A DNA stretch of 64,000 bases, from contig NC_058373.1 of assembly GCF_018350175.1 (NCBI RefSeq), forward strand, positions 100,504,001 to 100,568,000, given 5' to 3'. Origin of the DNA: Felis catus (Eukaryota). The stretch's first letter is position 1; each line of letters starts with the position of its first letter. The notes below the pieces were generated by a model. The model ran no database searches and was not told the DNA's origin. It was given only the letters and a program-made list of their open reading frames with translations. Below, piece after piece: positions 38,720 through 50,700 of this stretch. A program made the translations under genes and the position numbers.

Positions 38720-39784
38720 AGTCACCAGTAAAAATGTATGCTGTGACATCTAGTAAACATGAAACTGACAACATAAAGCCAGACATAGACTTGATATTTG
38801 GCAAATCAGCAGAAAACCTTGAAGTCAACACTTTTCCTGTCAAACATTGCTAAAGTTACATATCAGTAAATTTCTTTAAAATAAAATAAGCAATTTATTT
38901 AAAATAAATTTTATTTAAAATAAGCAATTATTTAAAAATCCACTTGAAATGGAACTTCACAAATCAGTTCAATTAATGAGCCACAAGAACCTTTAGGACT
39001 TAGTTCAAATTTGTGTTCTAAAAAGCATTTGCTTTTGCATCCTCACTCCCTTCTACATTAACATGACACTCAAAGATTAAATACTGTTCAAATATGAACA
39101 TACTTAATTCCTGTTGTATGGTACTAGAAATATTTTTAAAAATCTGTTAAATGTACACATGAAATATATTCAGAGATTTGTGCAATAAAGGTAAGAGAAA
39201 TGCTTACAAGGCACTTAATAATTACAACCACACGTAATTAGATGGCTACAGACTAGGATTAAAAACTGGAATGTAACATCAAGATTATAAAAACATTTCA
39301 TTGTCACAGAGGGGTAGAAAATGACAACTGAAACAATTTTCTTCACTGAAAAAGTGTCTTCTCTCAGGCACCTTCTGGTCAGTTATTGAGGAGTAGATGT
39401 ACCAGTTGCAGGAAACGTTTTTAAACAAAAAATTCATTAAGAAAATGCTAACTATCAAAGTAGATCAAACTGACATAAATTTGAGACTTTAATACTCAAA
39501 GAAACAAAACCTAGATTTTATATTTCCACTAGTAAAACTAACATGAACCAAATCCATATTTACTAGAAGAAAATTAAAAGAATAAAAAAAGTCATTAGTA
39601 CAAAGTATGCTGTGACATTCTGTAAGCATGAAATAGCCAACATAAAGCCAGACATAGACTTGATATTTGGCAAATCAGCAGATAACCTTGAAGTCAACAT
39701 TTTCCCTGTCAACTATTGCTAGTTACATACCAATACATTTTCCCACATTTTAAATAAGCAATTATTTAAAAATTTACTTGAAAT
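38720..39784. repeat. Dispersed direct duplication (~38720-38950 and ~39590-39784)
   Basis: Cores 38769-38830 and 39638-39699 match at 61/62 positions; flanks are alignable but visibly diverged. Confidence 0.93.
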
Positions 39785-40799
39785 ACATATGGACCATTTG
39801 ACTACATCTCAAAATTATGCAAACACTTTCCGAAAACTAGTCAAAACATAAAAAAGAAAGGCTTTTCTTTCTAAAGGAACAGTACAATTTAGGGATTAAA
39901 AAAAGACAAACATCCCAATATAACAAAAATAGAGAAGCACATTTATTTGAAATACTTTCACAAAATTAAACAGATATGGTTCTTTACCTTCCTCTCAAAT
40001 TAAATTCTTATTTTCACTTGAAAGTCACTTGCTGTATCTGTCACAACATCCCATAGTATAGTTAGAAAGCTCAATTTTTTTCAACCCAAAGCACAGAATT
40101 AGGGGTACTATCATTAGTACAGTAGAGACAAAAACTAATTACTATCAATCCAAACGGGGATCACCACTAAATGAAATTCAAGTGCTAAAAAGCATCACTT
40201 AATTTTTCCCTGTAAAATAAAGTTTTAGTTAAGAATTCTTATGTTAGCAAAAATATGCATAAACTCAAAATGTTCACTTATTAAATGCTAACATTTAATT
40301 AAACGTATACTAAAGCCTACACAGCAATGAAAAAAATTTAAAGTACTTTAAAGCATTTCCAATAGGTTTTCTTACTAATCCACCTCTTAAAGAGATTTTC
40401 TTCATTATATAATTCTGAAAGCAACAGAGTATCAACAAAGGTGGTTGCTGATGACATACTAATCCTCAGAATAGAACAACTCAATGACTTTTCCCGTTCT
40501 AAAAGCTGTTAACCTATATAATCTCAACTTCAGGGGAAGCCGGTCTGCACATCTCAAACCTGCCAGCTATGAGAAAACTCATAGAAACCTTGGATCTCAG
40601 AGAAACTAATTAGATAAACTCATAAAACATAGTAACTAAAAGCTAGAAGGTGGGAATCCTCTTAGTTGCCAGAGAGAGGAAAAGGAAAGCTGATTACAAA
40701 GGGTTAGCACTCCTCCAACTCCTCTCACCTTTTTGACTTTTGCAATTCTATATTCACAGTTTGCAATTCTATATTCACTATATTCTTATCCAGTAACAG

Positions 40800-41700
40800 T
40801 GATAGGAATACACACTTTACATGCCAAATTGTTAAATGTTTTAAGTCAAGATCCACCAACACTTGTGATGTCAAAGCACCCCAAATTAGTTTGAATAGTA
40901 ACTTAGCTACGACTTTATATTGAGAGGGTGGCTCTTGTAGACAGCATATAGTCAGGTTTTGCATTTCTAATCTGGCAATCTCTGCTTTTTAATTCAAGCA
41001 TTAGTTCACTTACGTTTACTGTGATTACTGACATGAGTGAATTTAGGTCTACTATTTCCCATTTGTTTTATTTGTTCCATCTGTATTTTGTTTCTTGTTT
41101 CTCCTTTCTTGATTTCTTTTGGATTAATTAAATATTTTTTTTACTATTTTAATTACCCTACTGGAATTTTTAAAAAACTTTTTATTGTGTAATAATTTTA
41201 TACTTACAGAAAAGGTGCAAAAATAGAACAGAGAATTACCATATATTGGCTTCCCCTAAAGTTAGGGTAACTATAGTACAATTATCAAAACTAAGAAATT
41301 AATATTGGCACAACACTAGCAACTAAGATATAGACTTCATTCAGATTTCTCCAGTTTTTCTAATGTTCTTTTCTGTTTTAGGATCCAATCTAGGATACCA
41401 TGTTGCATTTCGTTGTCATGTTCCCTTAGTCTCCTCTAAACTGACAAATTCTTCAATCTTTCATAACTTTGATACTTAAAAAAATCATTATTGAGGTTTA
41501 ATTGACAAAAGTATAAGATATTTAAAGTGTACATCATGGTACATTGATATACTTACACATTGTGAAACAATACCCCTCATCTAGTTAATAGGACCCCTTA
41601 ACACTTTTGAAGAGCTCTGATCAGTTTGTTTTGTAGAATGTCCCTTAATTTGAGTTTATCAATGTTTTCTCATGACTGGATTGAGGTTATACATTTTTTG
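40800..41700. mobile_element. Ancient L1M fragments
   Basis: ORF2 N-terminal-like NLTICCLQEP (minus) and L1MC-like 3'UTR motifs. Confidence 0.6.
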
Positions 41701-43363
41701 GCCAGAGTGAAGTACAGGACTAACCCATTTACTTTAACCTTTTTAAAACTGATTATCGCTTGCACAGAAAAATTATGAAGTGAGTGAAATAACAATCTAG
41801 CAGAATGTTTAAGAATTTTCAAAATTACTTATTTGCAGGCCTGATTTTATTTGTATAATCCATCCCCAGTAAAACTCTAGGCTGCTAGGAGGTAGGGTGG
41901 GAAGAGAATTTGTATTTTAATTTTCAAAGAAAACAAAATTTAGATTAAAGTATCTAAGTTGCAAAAAGTGATTATATTTTTATAGGTTATCTTTATTTGT
42001 ATGCTAAAAAAGTTATGCTAAACTTTCACCAATCTATTTAATTCAATGCTTACTTTGAGATTAGTAGGAAAATTAACAAGGAGAAAATATTAAAAAATCC
42101 AAGTTATTTGTAGCATTAGCTACCCTAACCAAAACACAGATAAGGTGAGAAAAAAAAGGAATTGCTGTTTTATTTTAACATTCTTCAAGGCAAAGGCTCT
42201 GTTTCTTAGAATTTTCACAGAGGAAGGGGAAAAAAGGAAAAAATTCCACAGAGCACTTAAGAGTTCCTAAATATACCATTTAAAAATGTTTTTAATTACT
42301 AAATGGGACTTTTCCAGAAAACCGTATTTGAAAAAACTCCACGGCACTGTGATTTCCAACTCTCTTTATTCTAAATCTTTTTGCAGAATATCTAATTCTG
42401 TATTCACTGTTTACTGTGTTATCTTTTACTTACACTTTGTAACTATTCTCATCTTTGGCTGTCTTCCCCAAAACTTCTTGAGGGTCAAAACCCTGTCTAT
42501 TTCTTTCACAAAAGTGCCTAGCACAGTACTAACTGAACATGGAAATATTAAAAACCTCCTGAAAATATGAAGAGTCAAGGTTTTATCTTATGTACATGAA
42601 AAAATTTAGGTGGAAAAGATATTTTTACCCTAATTAATGAAATAGGATATTTCAGAAGCTTGGAGGTAAGAAGCAAAGTAAAAGATTAGAATATGTTTTT
42701 CCTTTGTAGATATGGCAAATTTGATTTATTTTTCCAATAATGGTGGCTTTTTGGACAGCAAATATTCTTTCCTTAAGACCAGTGATAATTTTTAAATGTA
42801 CTACAAAATTTCCCATAATCTTCAAAGTCAAACATCACATCTTAATTCATAAATGTATGTTTTACATAAAACTGAACTAAAATGGCTAGAAATTTATGAA
42901 AACAGTGTATGTGCTAAATTGAACTTAAAATCTTCGTTAATAACATGCTGAAGCTTTACCTATATGCCATAGCATGTTTAAAAAAAACCAATTTTTCTTC
43001 TAGTGAACCTTAAAGAATCATCATTTTGAAAGATCACAGCACAAAAATGTTTAACAGTTTAAAAATTTTGTTATTACTAATTGGAATTTTACTACTCAAT
43101 GTATATCCTTAAAGCTAGCAAAAAATATTGTTATAATATTCTAGATTGATACTCTAGAATCAACATACACAAAGACATACTAAAAATCTAATCATACAAA
43201 TATACCATGTTCTTTATCAGACTTATTTAAATGACTGGCTCATAAAATTAGGGCACTTTGAAGGAAACTGAAGTATCCTGCTACACTTTACATTTTGGTA
43301 GGGAGTAGAAGTAAAAAGGACACACAGAATTCTAATTTTTATTGTAATAAAAACAAGATTCCA

Positions 43364-43575
43364 GGGGTGCCTGGGTGTCTCAGTTGGTTAATCATCCCTC
43401 TCTTGATTTCGGCTCAGGTCATGAACTCATTGTTCCTTAGATCAAGCCCTGTCTCGGGCTCCTCACTGAGACCACGGAACCTGCTTGGGATTCTCTCTTT
43501 CCCTCGCTCTCAGCCCCTCCCCCCACTCGCACATGCTCTCTGTCTCTCTCTCTCTCTCTCTCAAAACAAACACCC
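43364..43575 (+). mobile_element. SINEC
   Basis: ggggtgcctgggtgtctcagttggtt head; TSD caagattcca. Confidence 0.88.
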
Positions 43576-44721
43576 CAAGATTCCAAATAGACGGGTTCTA
43601 GAGATGAAAAAGAGCTGATAACTAACTTCCACAAGATGGATTAGCAAGAGAAAAAAAAAGTTTTGAATACAGTACAAAAAAGGAGAATAATCTACTTATA
43701 TTTTTATTTTTTTTTAATACTCATCCTTTTTCTCCTCTGAGCTCTTGGGTTTCTGTCCCTATACTAATAGTAAGGAATGTGGGTGGCTAAACTAAGTTTG
43801 TTAAGGTGAATGGCCATTTTTGAGGCAGGACTGAAGGAGAATTCACAGAAAGAAAAAAATCTAGAATTCGGTCTTCTCCAATAGCAATTGTATTTTGGTA
43901 GTGGTGATGAGAAAGTACAAAATACTTCACTCACTAATATAAGATCATGGATATATAAAAATTGTTACTTGTGTTATAACCAGAGAAAGTATTGTTTTGA
44001 CAGCACTCTGTGGGAAGGCAGACAGAGCTCTGCTCTGTAGACACTGAGCTGCTCTTTACATATTGATATGTAAGAACCTTGAGCTTGAATTTTACAGTAA
44101 AATAAGGACAAATCTGACTCTACAGATTAGGAAAATGAGATACTTAAAATTCCAAGAGTATGGCATCTGGCACAGAATAGATAACTACTATTATATATAT
44201 TTGTTAGATTTAATTGCAAATTTATTCAGAAGCCAATCTTTCCTCAGTTATGTGGACTTTTAATCAACTATACAAAACCGGTATGTTAATTTGGCATAAA
44301 TTAAACTAGACAGTTTCCTTGCTTGTGACAAGTGGTGTGTGTGTGTGTGTGTGTTCACAGACAAAGAGTAGGAGAAAGAAAAAACTTGGGATGTTTGTTA
44401 CTAATAAGAAAAAAAAATAAGCCGATTTAAAGCTTATTGTTTTGCCATTAATTATGTCATGTAAACAATTATTTCCAACCACATAATTTTTTTCAAGCTG
44501 CATTCTGTGAATTACTTGATCGATACTGAGTTTTCCTGCTTTAGAGACGTTTTACAAGGGGAAGGGGAAAAAAAATCACTTAATTCATTAATTCACTAGA
44601 TTCAATGGGGCTTGCCAAGAAACCTCCAAAATAAAGGCAAGCATAGATGGAGAAACACTTTTTAGAAAAAAATAGCTAGAGAAATCTACAAATTCTAATC
44701 TACCTGTATTATTATACTCAC

Positions 44722-44742
44722 CAGAATAGCTGATCCCACTGC
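44722..44742 (-). CDS. DDHD1: DDHD1 alternative microexon (21 nt, GSGISYS)
   Basis: ttactgcag|GCAGTGGGATCAGCTATTCTG|gtgagt; phase 1-1, in frame. Resembles the GSGINYS insert I recall in human DDHD1 isoforms (unverified). Confidence 0.85.
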
Positions 44743-45377
44743 CTGCAGTAAATGGAACAATAGAAGTATTTTTAACTTTACCACATATTTTAAATTTTAC
44801 TCAAGATCAGATACATAATGAAACATGTCAATCTTGGCTATTATATAAATATTTTAAGCTACTGCAAACATATCCAAACGCTGAATAAGGGAATATAAGG
44901 AGTAGACTGTTTCAAATTAAAAGTTGATGTGGTTATCAATACGGAGACAGCTCAAAGATGCTTACAGAAAGGAAATTAAAATTGTTTTTTTTTTTAATTT
45001 CAAGAAAAGAACAAACATTAAAATATTAACAAAACTGATCTTTTGATAGGACATTTTTTGTAGATTCAACTTTCATTAATAATTAAAAACTACAGAAATG
45101 ACTAATTCACAGAACATATTATCACAATTTGTACAATTATAGTTAAATCATATTAGTGTCATGCCAGTGAACATATATATTAAGCAAAATAAAAATTGAG
45201 ATGGTTCAGAAATTCATAGCAGTTTTAACTTCTAAAATAATCAAATATTTAAAATTATCAGAAATTTTATAAATTCTAATACTCATGAATTACCATGTCA
45301 AACTTAAGAACTACTCTAAACTTCGTCAAGAACTTACTTAGTTTACAAAACATATTAAATGTATTAATTGGTCTTAC

Positions 45378-45551
45378 CATCTTTTCCATCTATGGATTTT
45401 GACACTTCAATATCAAAATTTTCCTGCATCTGCTGACCTCTAAAACAGCTGAGATGTTCTTGCTCAATTAAATTACTTTCTTCTTCTTCTAGAGGCTGCC
45501 AAGTGCCATCAATAAACCACTGTCCACGCATTACTGGTATTTTATCAGCCT
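45378..45551 (-). CDS. DDHD1: DDHD1 exon 2 (174 nt)
   Basis: tttcag|AGGCTG...AAGATG|gtaaga; encodes (Q)ADKIPVMRGQWFIDGTWQPLEEEESNLIEQEHLSCFRGQQMQENFDIEVSKSIDGKD; phase 1-1. Confidence 0.96.
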
Positions 45552-46554
45552 CTGAAAAGAGAAATCACAGAAAGAGACATAGTAACTATAATTTTATATT
45601 TTGTTACTACCGTGGCAAAAACTGACTTTCTTGACCCAGAAGAATCATTTAAAGTTTTAAATTTTAGATTTCAAGCCACAGTATGTATATTTTTTTTACA
45701 GTACATAATTTTATTTAATTGGGTATTATGCACAAAAATTATTTTGGCATTAGAAAGGTAGATGAGCAGTTATATTTGTAACTGTGGCCCTGAGTAATCC
45801 AAATGAGTAGGCAAAGGGATTAAGACAAGTTCATGTAAGACTCTGGTGACAGTTCTAATGTCTTAGAAAACACTGATGTATCCTCCCAGAAGCAACTGAG
45901 AAACAGTGTGTGGGGTAGTAGTGTGTTGCACTTTTTAGGGCTTCCTTGAAGGTTATGGACTCCCAGTTAGCATACAGGAATAGCTGAAACATTTAATTAC
46001 AGTAAATTCCTCACCCATTTTAGAAAAAAACTGGGTAGAAAATTTTCTTGAACTCCACATTTTTTTGATTAAATACTGTTCCTAAAAGTCTAAAACTTTT
46101 AGTAGCTATTTATTCATTTTTTAAGAATAAACCACAATTGTCAGCTATGCTATCTTGAATCCTCTAAAATTTGTAAAAAATAAAGCAAAAATAAAATGGA
46201 AGTGAAAAACCTTAAAAATAAAAAGCAAAATAAAATGAACTTAATTATGTAGAGATATGGTTTAATCATACATAGAAAAATTATTTCAAGTGGATTTAAA
46301 ACACAGTAATTTTTATATACATATTGGGATATACCCTATGGACAAAAAGAACTGCAAATATATCTTAAGCTTTTTGTAGTAACTGCACTGTTATAATTGT
46401 TAATAACTGTAATAATACTGGTATTGTTGATTTGAAACTCTAGGTTAAAATGAATATATTAATTTTATTAAATATCATTAGGAAACAAGAAAAAAGATAC
46501 AAATACAAATATCAAAGAAATAAAAATTGTAATTTTAAATTTCAAGTAGTGGGT

Positions 46555-47041
46555 GGGGCACCTGGGTGGCTTAGTCAACTCTTGGTTTCAGCTCAGGTCA
46601 TGATCTCACAGTTCGTGGGTTCAAGCCCCGCTGGGCTCCACACTGACAGTGCAGAGCCTGCCTGGCATTCTTTCTCTTTCCCTCTCTGCTCCTCCTCTGC
46701 GTTCTCGTTCTCTCTCTCTCTTTCCTCCCCCGTCAAAATAAACAAAAAAAAGTTTTTGATTTCAGTTAGAAATATCAGCATGAACTAAAATGATGTATTT
46801 TCTCTTTTAAAAATGCCTGTGGCACCTGCGTGACTCAGTTGGTTAAACAATCAACTCTTGATTTTGGCTCAGGTCATGATCTTGCTGCTTGTGGGCTCAA
46901 GCCCTATTCAGGCTCCATACTGACAACGTGGAGCCTGCTTAGGATTCTCTCTCCTCTCTCTCTCTCTGCCCTCCCCCCCCCCCCCGTAACACAGATGCAC
47001 ACAAGTGTGTGCACTCTCTTTCAGAATAAACTTTAAAAAAA
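46555..47041 (+). mobile_element. Two SINECs (~46555-46751, ~46820-47041)
   Basis: Two tRNA-like heads with CT tracts and A tails. Confidence 0.88.
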
Positions 47042-47724
47042 CATTCTAAGCTTTGTCCACTGAAAAGGCCTAGAAACACACCAATAGTTGAGCATTCCTG
47101 AAACAACGACCATGATCTCTGAATACCATTTCCCACCAAAAGAAACCAAGATCCTTCAAGAAATGGCTAATTCTGGGTGTGAGACAGAAAATTTACCAGA
47201 TGATCATGAAATATGTTATTGTATCAGACTTGTACTGTGATGTATTAAAAATGTAATATGGGTTTCTACTTCTTACATTATCCTATATTCTGCTATAGCA
47301 ATTCTGTATGTAGGTGTTTACTGTGTTATTTGGTACACAGATACTCAAAAATATTATAACTTCATTGTGAATTATAGCTTTTAAAACTATAAAGTATATT
47401 CTGTTATGTTTAATGACTTTTAATCTGGATCCTACTTTGTGGAGATTGAAACCCTTGCTTTCTTATTTTTTTCTATTTGCCTGTGACAGTTTTGCACATC
47501 CCTTCATTTTTAACTCTTTGAATCACTAGGTTTCAGATATGTCTCTTATAGACACCACAGAATGGGTTTTGCTTTAGGAAGCCATTTGAAATGTTTTTCT
47601 TCTAATAGATGAGTTAAGCCCATTTATACTTATTGATATGACTGATACATTTGAATTGTGTGTTCTTTTATAATTAACATTTTATTATTCATACTTATTC
47701 TTTTTTTCCTATAGTTGTTATTGT

Positions 47725-50700
47725 TTTATTTTTATTTTATTTTATTTATTTTGTTTAAATTATTTTTAATATATAAAATTTATTGTCAAATTGGTTTCCA
47801 TACAACACCCAGTGCTCATCCCAAAAGGTGCCCTCCTCAATGTCCATCACCCACCCTCCCTTCCCTCCCACCTCCCATCAACCCTCAGTTTGTTCTCAGT
47901 TTTTAACAGTCTCTTATGCTTTGGCTCTCTCCCACTCTAACCTCTTTTTTTTTTTTTTCCCTTCCCCTCCCCCATGGGTTTCTGTTAAGTTTCTCAGGAT
48001 CCACGTAAGAATGAAAACATATGGTATCTGTCTTTCTCTGTATCGCTTATTTCACTTAGCATCACACTCTCCAGTTTCATCCACATTGCTACAAAGGGCC
48101 ATATTTCATTCTTTCCCATTGCCATGTAGTACTCCATTGTGTATATAAACCACAATTTCTTTATCCATTCATCAGTGGATGGACATTTAGGCTCTTTCCA
48201 TAATTTGGCTATTGTTGAGAGTGCTGCTATAAACATTGGGGTACAAGTGCCCCTATGCATCAGTACTCCTGTATCCCTTGGGTAAATTCCTAGCAGTGCT
48301 ACTGCTGGGTCCTAGGGTAGATCTATTTTTAATTTTTTGAGGAACCTCCACACTGTTTTCCAGAGCGGCTGCACCAGTTTGCATTCCCACCAACAGTGCA
48401 AGAGGGTTCCCGTTTCTCCACATCCTCTCCAGCATCTATAGTCTCCTGATTTGTCCATTTTGGCCACTCTGACTGGCGTGAGGTGATATCTGAGTGTGGT
48501 TTTGATTTGTATTTCCCTGATGAGGAGTGATGTTGAGCATCTTTTCATGTGTCTGTTGGCCATCCGCATGTCTTCTTTAGAGAAGTGTCTATTCATGTTT
48601 TCTGCCCATTTCTTCACTGGGTTATTTGTTTTTCAGGTGTGGAGTTTGGTGAGCTCTTTATAGATTCTGGATACTAGCCCTTTGTCTGATATGTCATTTG
48701 CAAATATCTTTTCCCATTCTATCGGTTGCCTTTTAGTTTTGTTGATTGTTTCCTTTGCTGTGCAGAAGCTTTTTATCTTCCTGATGTCCCAATAGTTCAT
48801 TTTTGCTTTTAATTCCCTTGCCTTTGGGGATGTGTCAAGTAAGAAATTGCTACGGCTGAGGTCAGAGAGGTCTTTTCCTGCTTTCTCCTCTAGGGTTTTG
48901 ATGGTTTCCTGTCTCACATTCAGGTCCTTTATCCATTTTGAGTTTATTTTTGTGAATGGTGTGAGAAGGTGGTCTAGTTTCAACCTTCTGCATGTTGCTG
49001 TCCAGTTCTCCCAGCACCATTTGTTAAAGAGACTGTCTTTTTTCCATTGGATATTCTTTCCTGCTTTGTCAAAGATTAGTTGGCCATACATTTGTGGGTC
49101 TAGTTCTGGGGTTTCTATTCTATTCCATTGGTCTATGTGTCTGTTTTTGTGCCAATACCATGCTGTCTTGATGATTACAGCTTTGTAGTGGAGGCTAAAG
49201 TCTGGGATTGTGATGCCTCCTGCTTTGGTCTTCTTCTTCAAAATTACTTTGGCTATTCAGTATTCAACCATACTTTTGTGGTTCTGTATGAATTTTAGGA
49301 TTGCTTGTTCTAGCTTCGAAAAGAATGCTGGTGCAATTTTGATTGGGATTTCACTGAATGTGTAGATAGCTCTCGGTAGTATTGACATTTTGACAATATT
49401 TATTCTTCCAACCCATAAGCACAGAATGTTTTTCCATTTCTTTATGTCTTCTTCAATTTCCTTCATAAGCTTTCTATAGTTTTCAGCATACAGATCTTTT
49501 ACATCTTTGGTTAGATTTATCCCTAGGTATTTTATGCTTCTTGGTGCAATTGTGAATGGGATCAATTTCTTTACTTGTCTTTCTGTTGCTTCATTATTAG
49601 TGTATAAGAATGCAACTGATTTCTGTACATTGATTTTGTATCCTGCAACTTTGCTGAATTCATGTATCAGTTCTAGCAGACTTTTGGTGGAGTCTATCAG
49701 ATTTTGCATATATAATATCATGTTATCTGCAAAAAGGAAAGCTTAACTTCATCTTTGCCAATTTTGATGCCTTTGATTTCCTTTTGCTGTCTGATTGCGG
49801 ATGCTAGAACTTCCAACACTATGTTAAACAACAGCGGTGAGAGTGGACATCCCTGTCATGTTCCTGATCTCAGGGAAAAAGCTCTCAGTTTTTCCCCATT
49901 GAGGATGATGTTAGCTGTGGGCTTTTCATAAATGGCTTTTATTATGGTTAAGTATGTTCCCTCTATCCTGACTTTCTCAAGGGTTTTTATTAAGAAAGGA
50001 TGCTGAATTTTGTCAAATACTTTTTCTGCATCGACTGGCAGGATCATATGGTTCTTATCTTTTCTTTTGTTAATGTGATGTATCATGTTGATTGATTTGC
50101 GAATGTTGAACCAGCCCTGCATCCCAGGAATGAATCCTACTTGATCATGGTGAATAATTCTTTTTATATGCTGTTGAATTCGATTTGCTAGTATCTTATT
50201 GAGAATTTTTGCATTCATATTCATCAGGGATATTGGCCTGTAGTTCTCTTTTTTTTTTTACTGGGTCTCTGTCTGGTTTAGGAATCAAAGTAATACCGGC
50301 TTCAAAGAATGAGTCTGGAAGTTTTCTTTCCCTTTCTATTTTTTGGAATAGCTTGAGAAGGATAGGTATTATCTCTGCTTTAAACGTCTGGTAGAACTCC
50401 CCTGGGAAGCCATCTGGTCCTGGACTCTTATTTGTTGGGAGATTTTTGATAACTGATTCAATTTCCTCACTGGTTATGGGTCTGTTCAAACTTTCTATTT
50501 CCTCCTGATTGAGTTTTGGAAGTGTGTGGGTGTTTAGGAATTTGTCCATTTCTTCCAGGTTGTCCAGTTTGTTGGCATATAATTTTTCATAGTATTCCCT
50601 GATAATTGCTTGTATTTCTGAGGGATTGGTTGTAATAATTCCATTTTCATTCATGATTTTATCTATTTGGGTCATCTCTCTTTTCTTTTTGAGAAGCCTG

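Noticed and set aside
38769..38830. Duplicated core as a pre-miRNA, snoRNA or mutually exclusive 19-nt exon
   Set aside because: Stem is short and irregular, no clear C/D or H/ACA boxes, and the 19-nt candidates have poor donors (gttttc/gttatc) and break frame. Kept only as an unexplained element.
39988..40037. Possible 50-nt exon (ctaac branch point, gacag| ... AAG|gtaaag)
   Set aside because: Almost no pyrimidine tract; frameshifting with an in-frame TAA; such pseudo-exons are common by chance.
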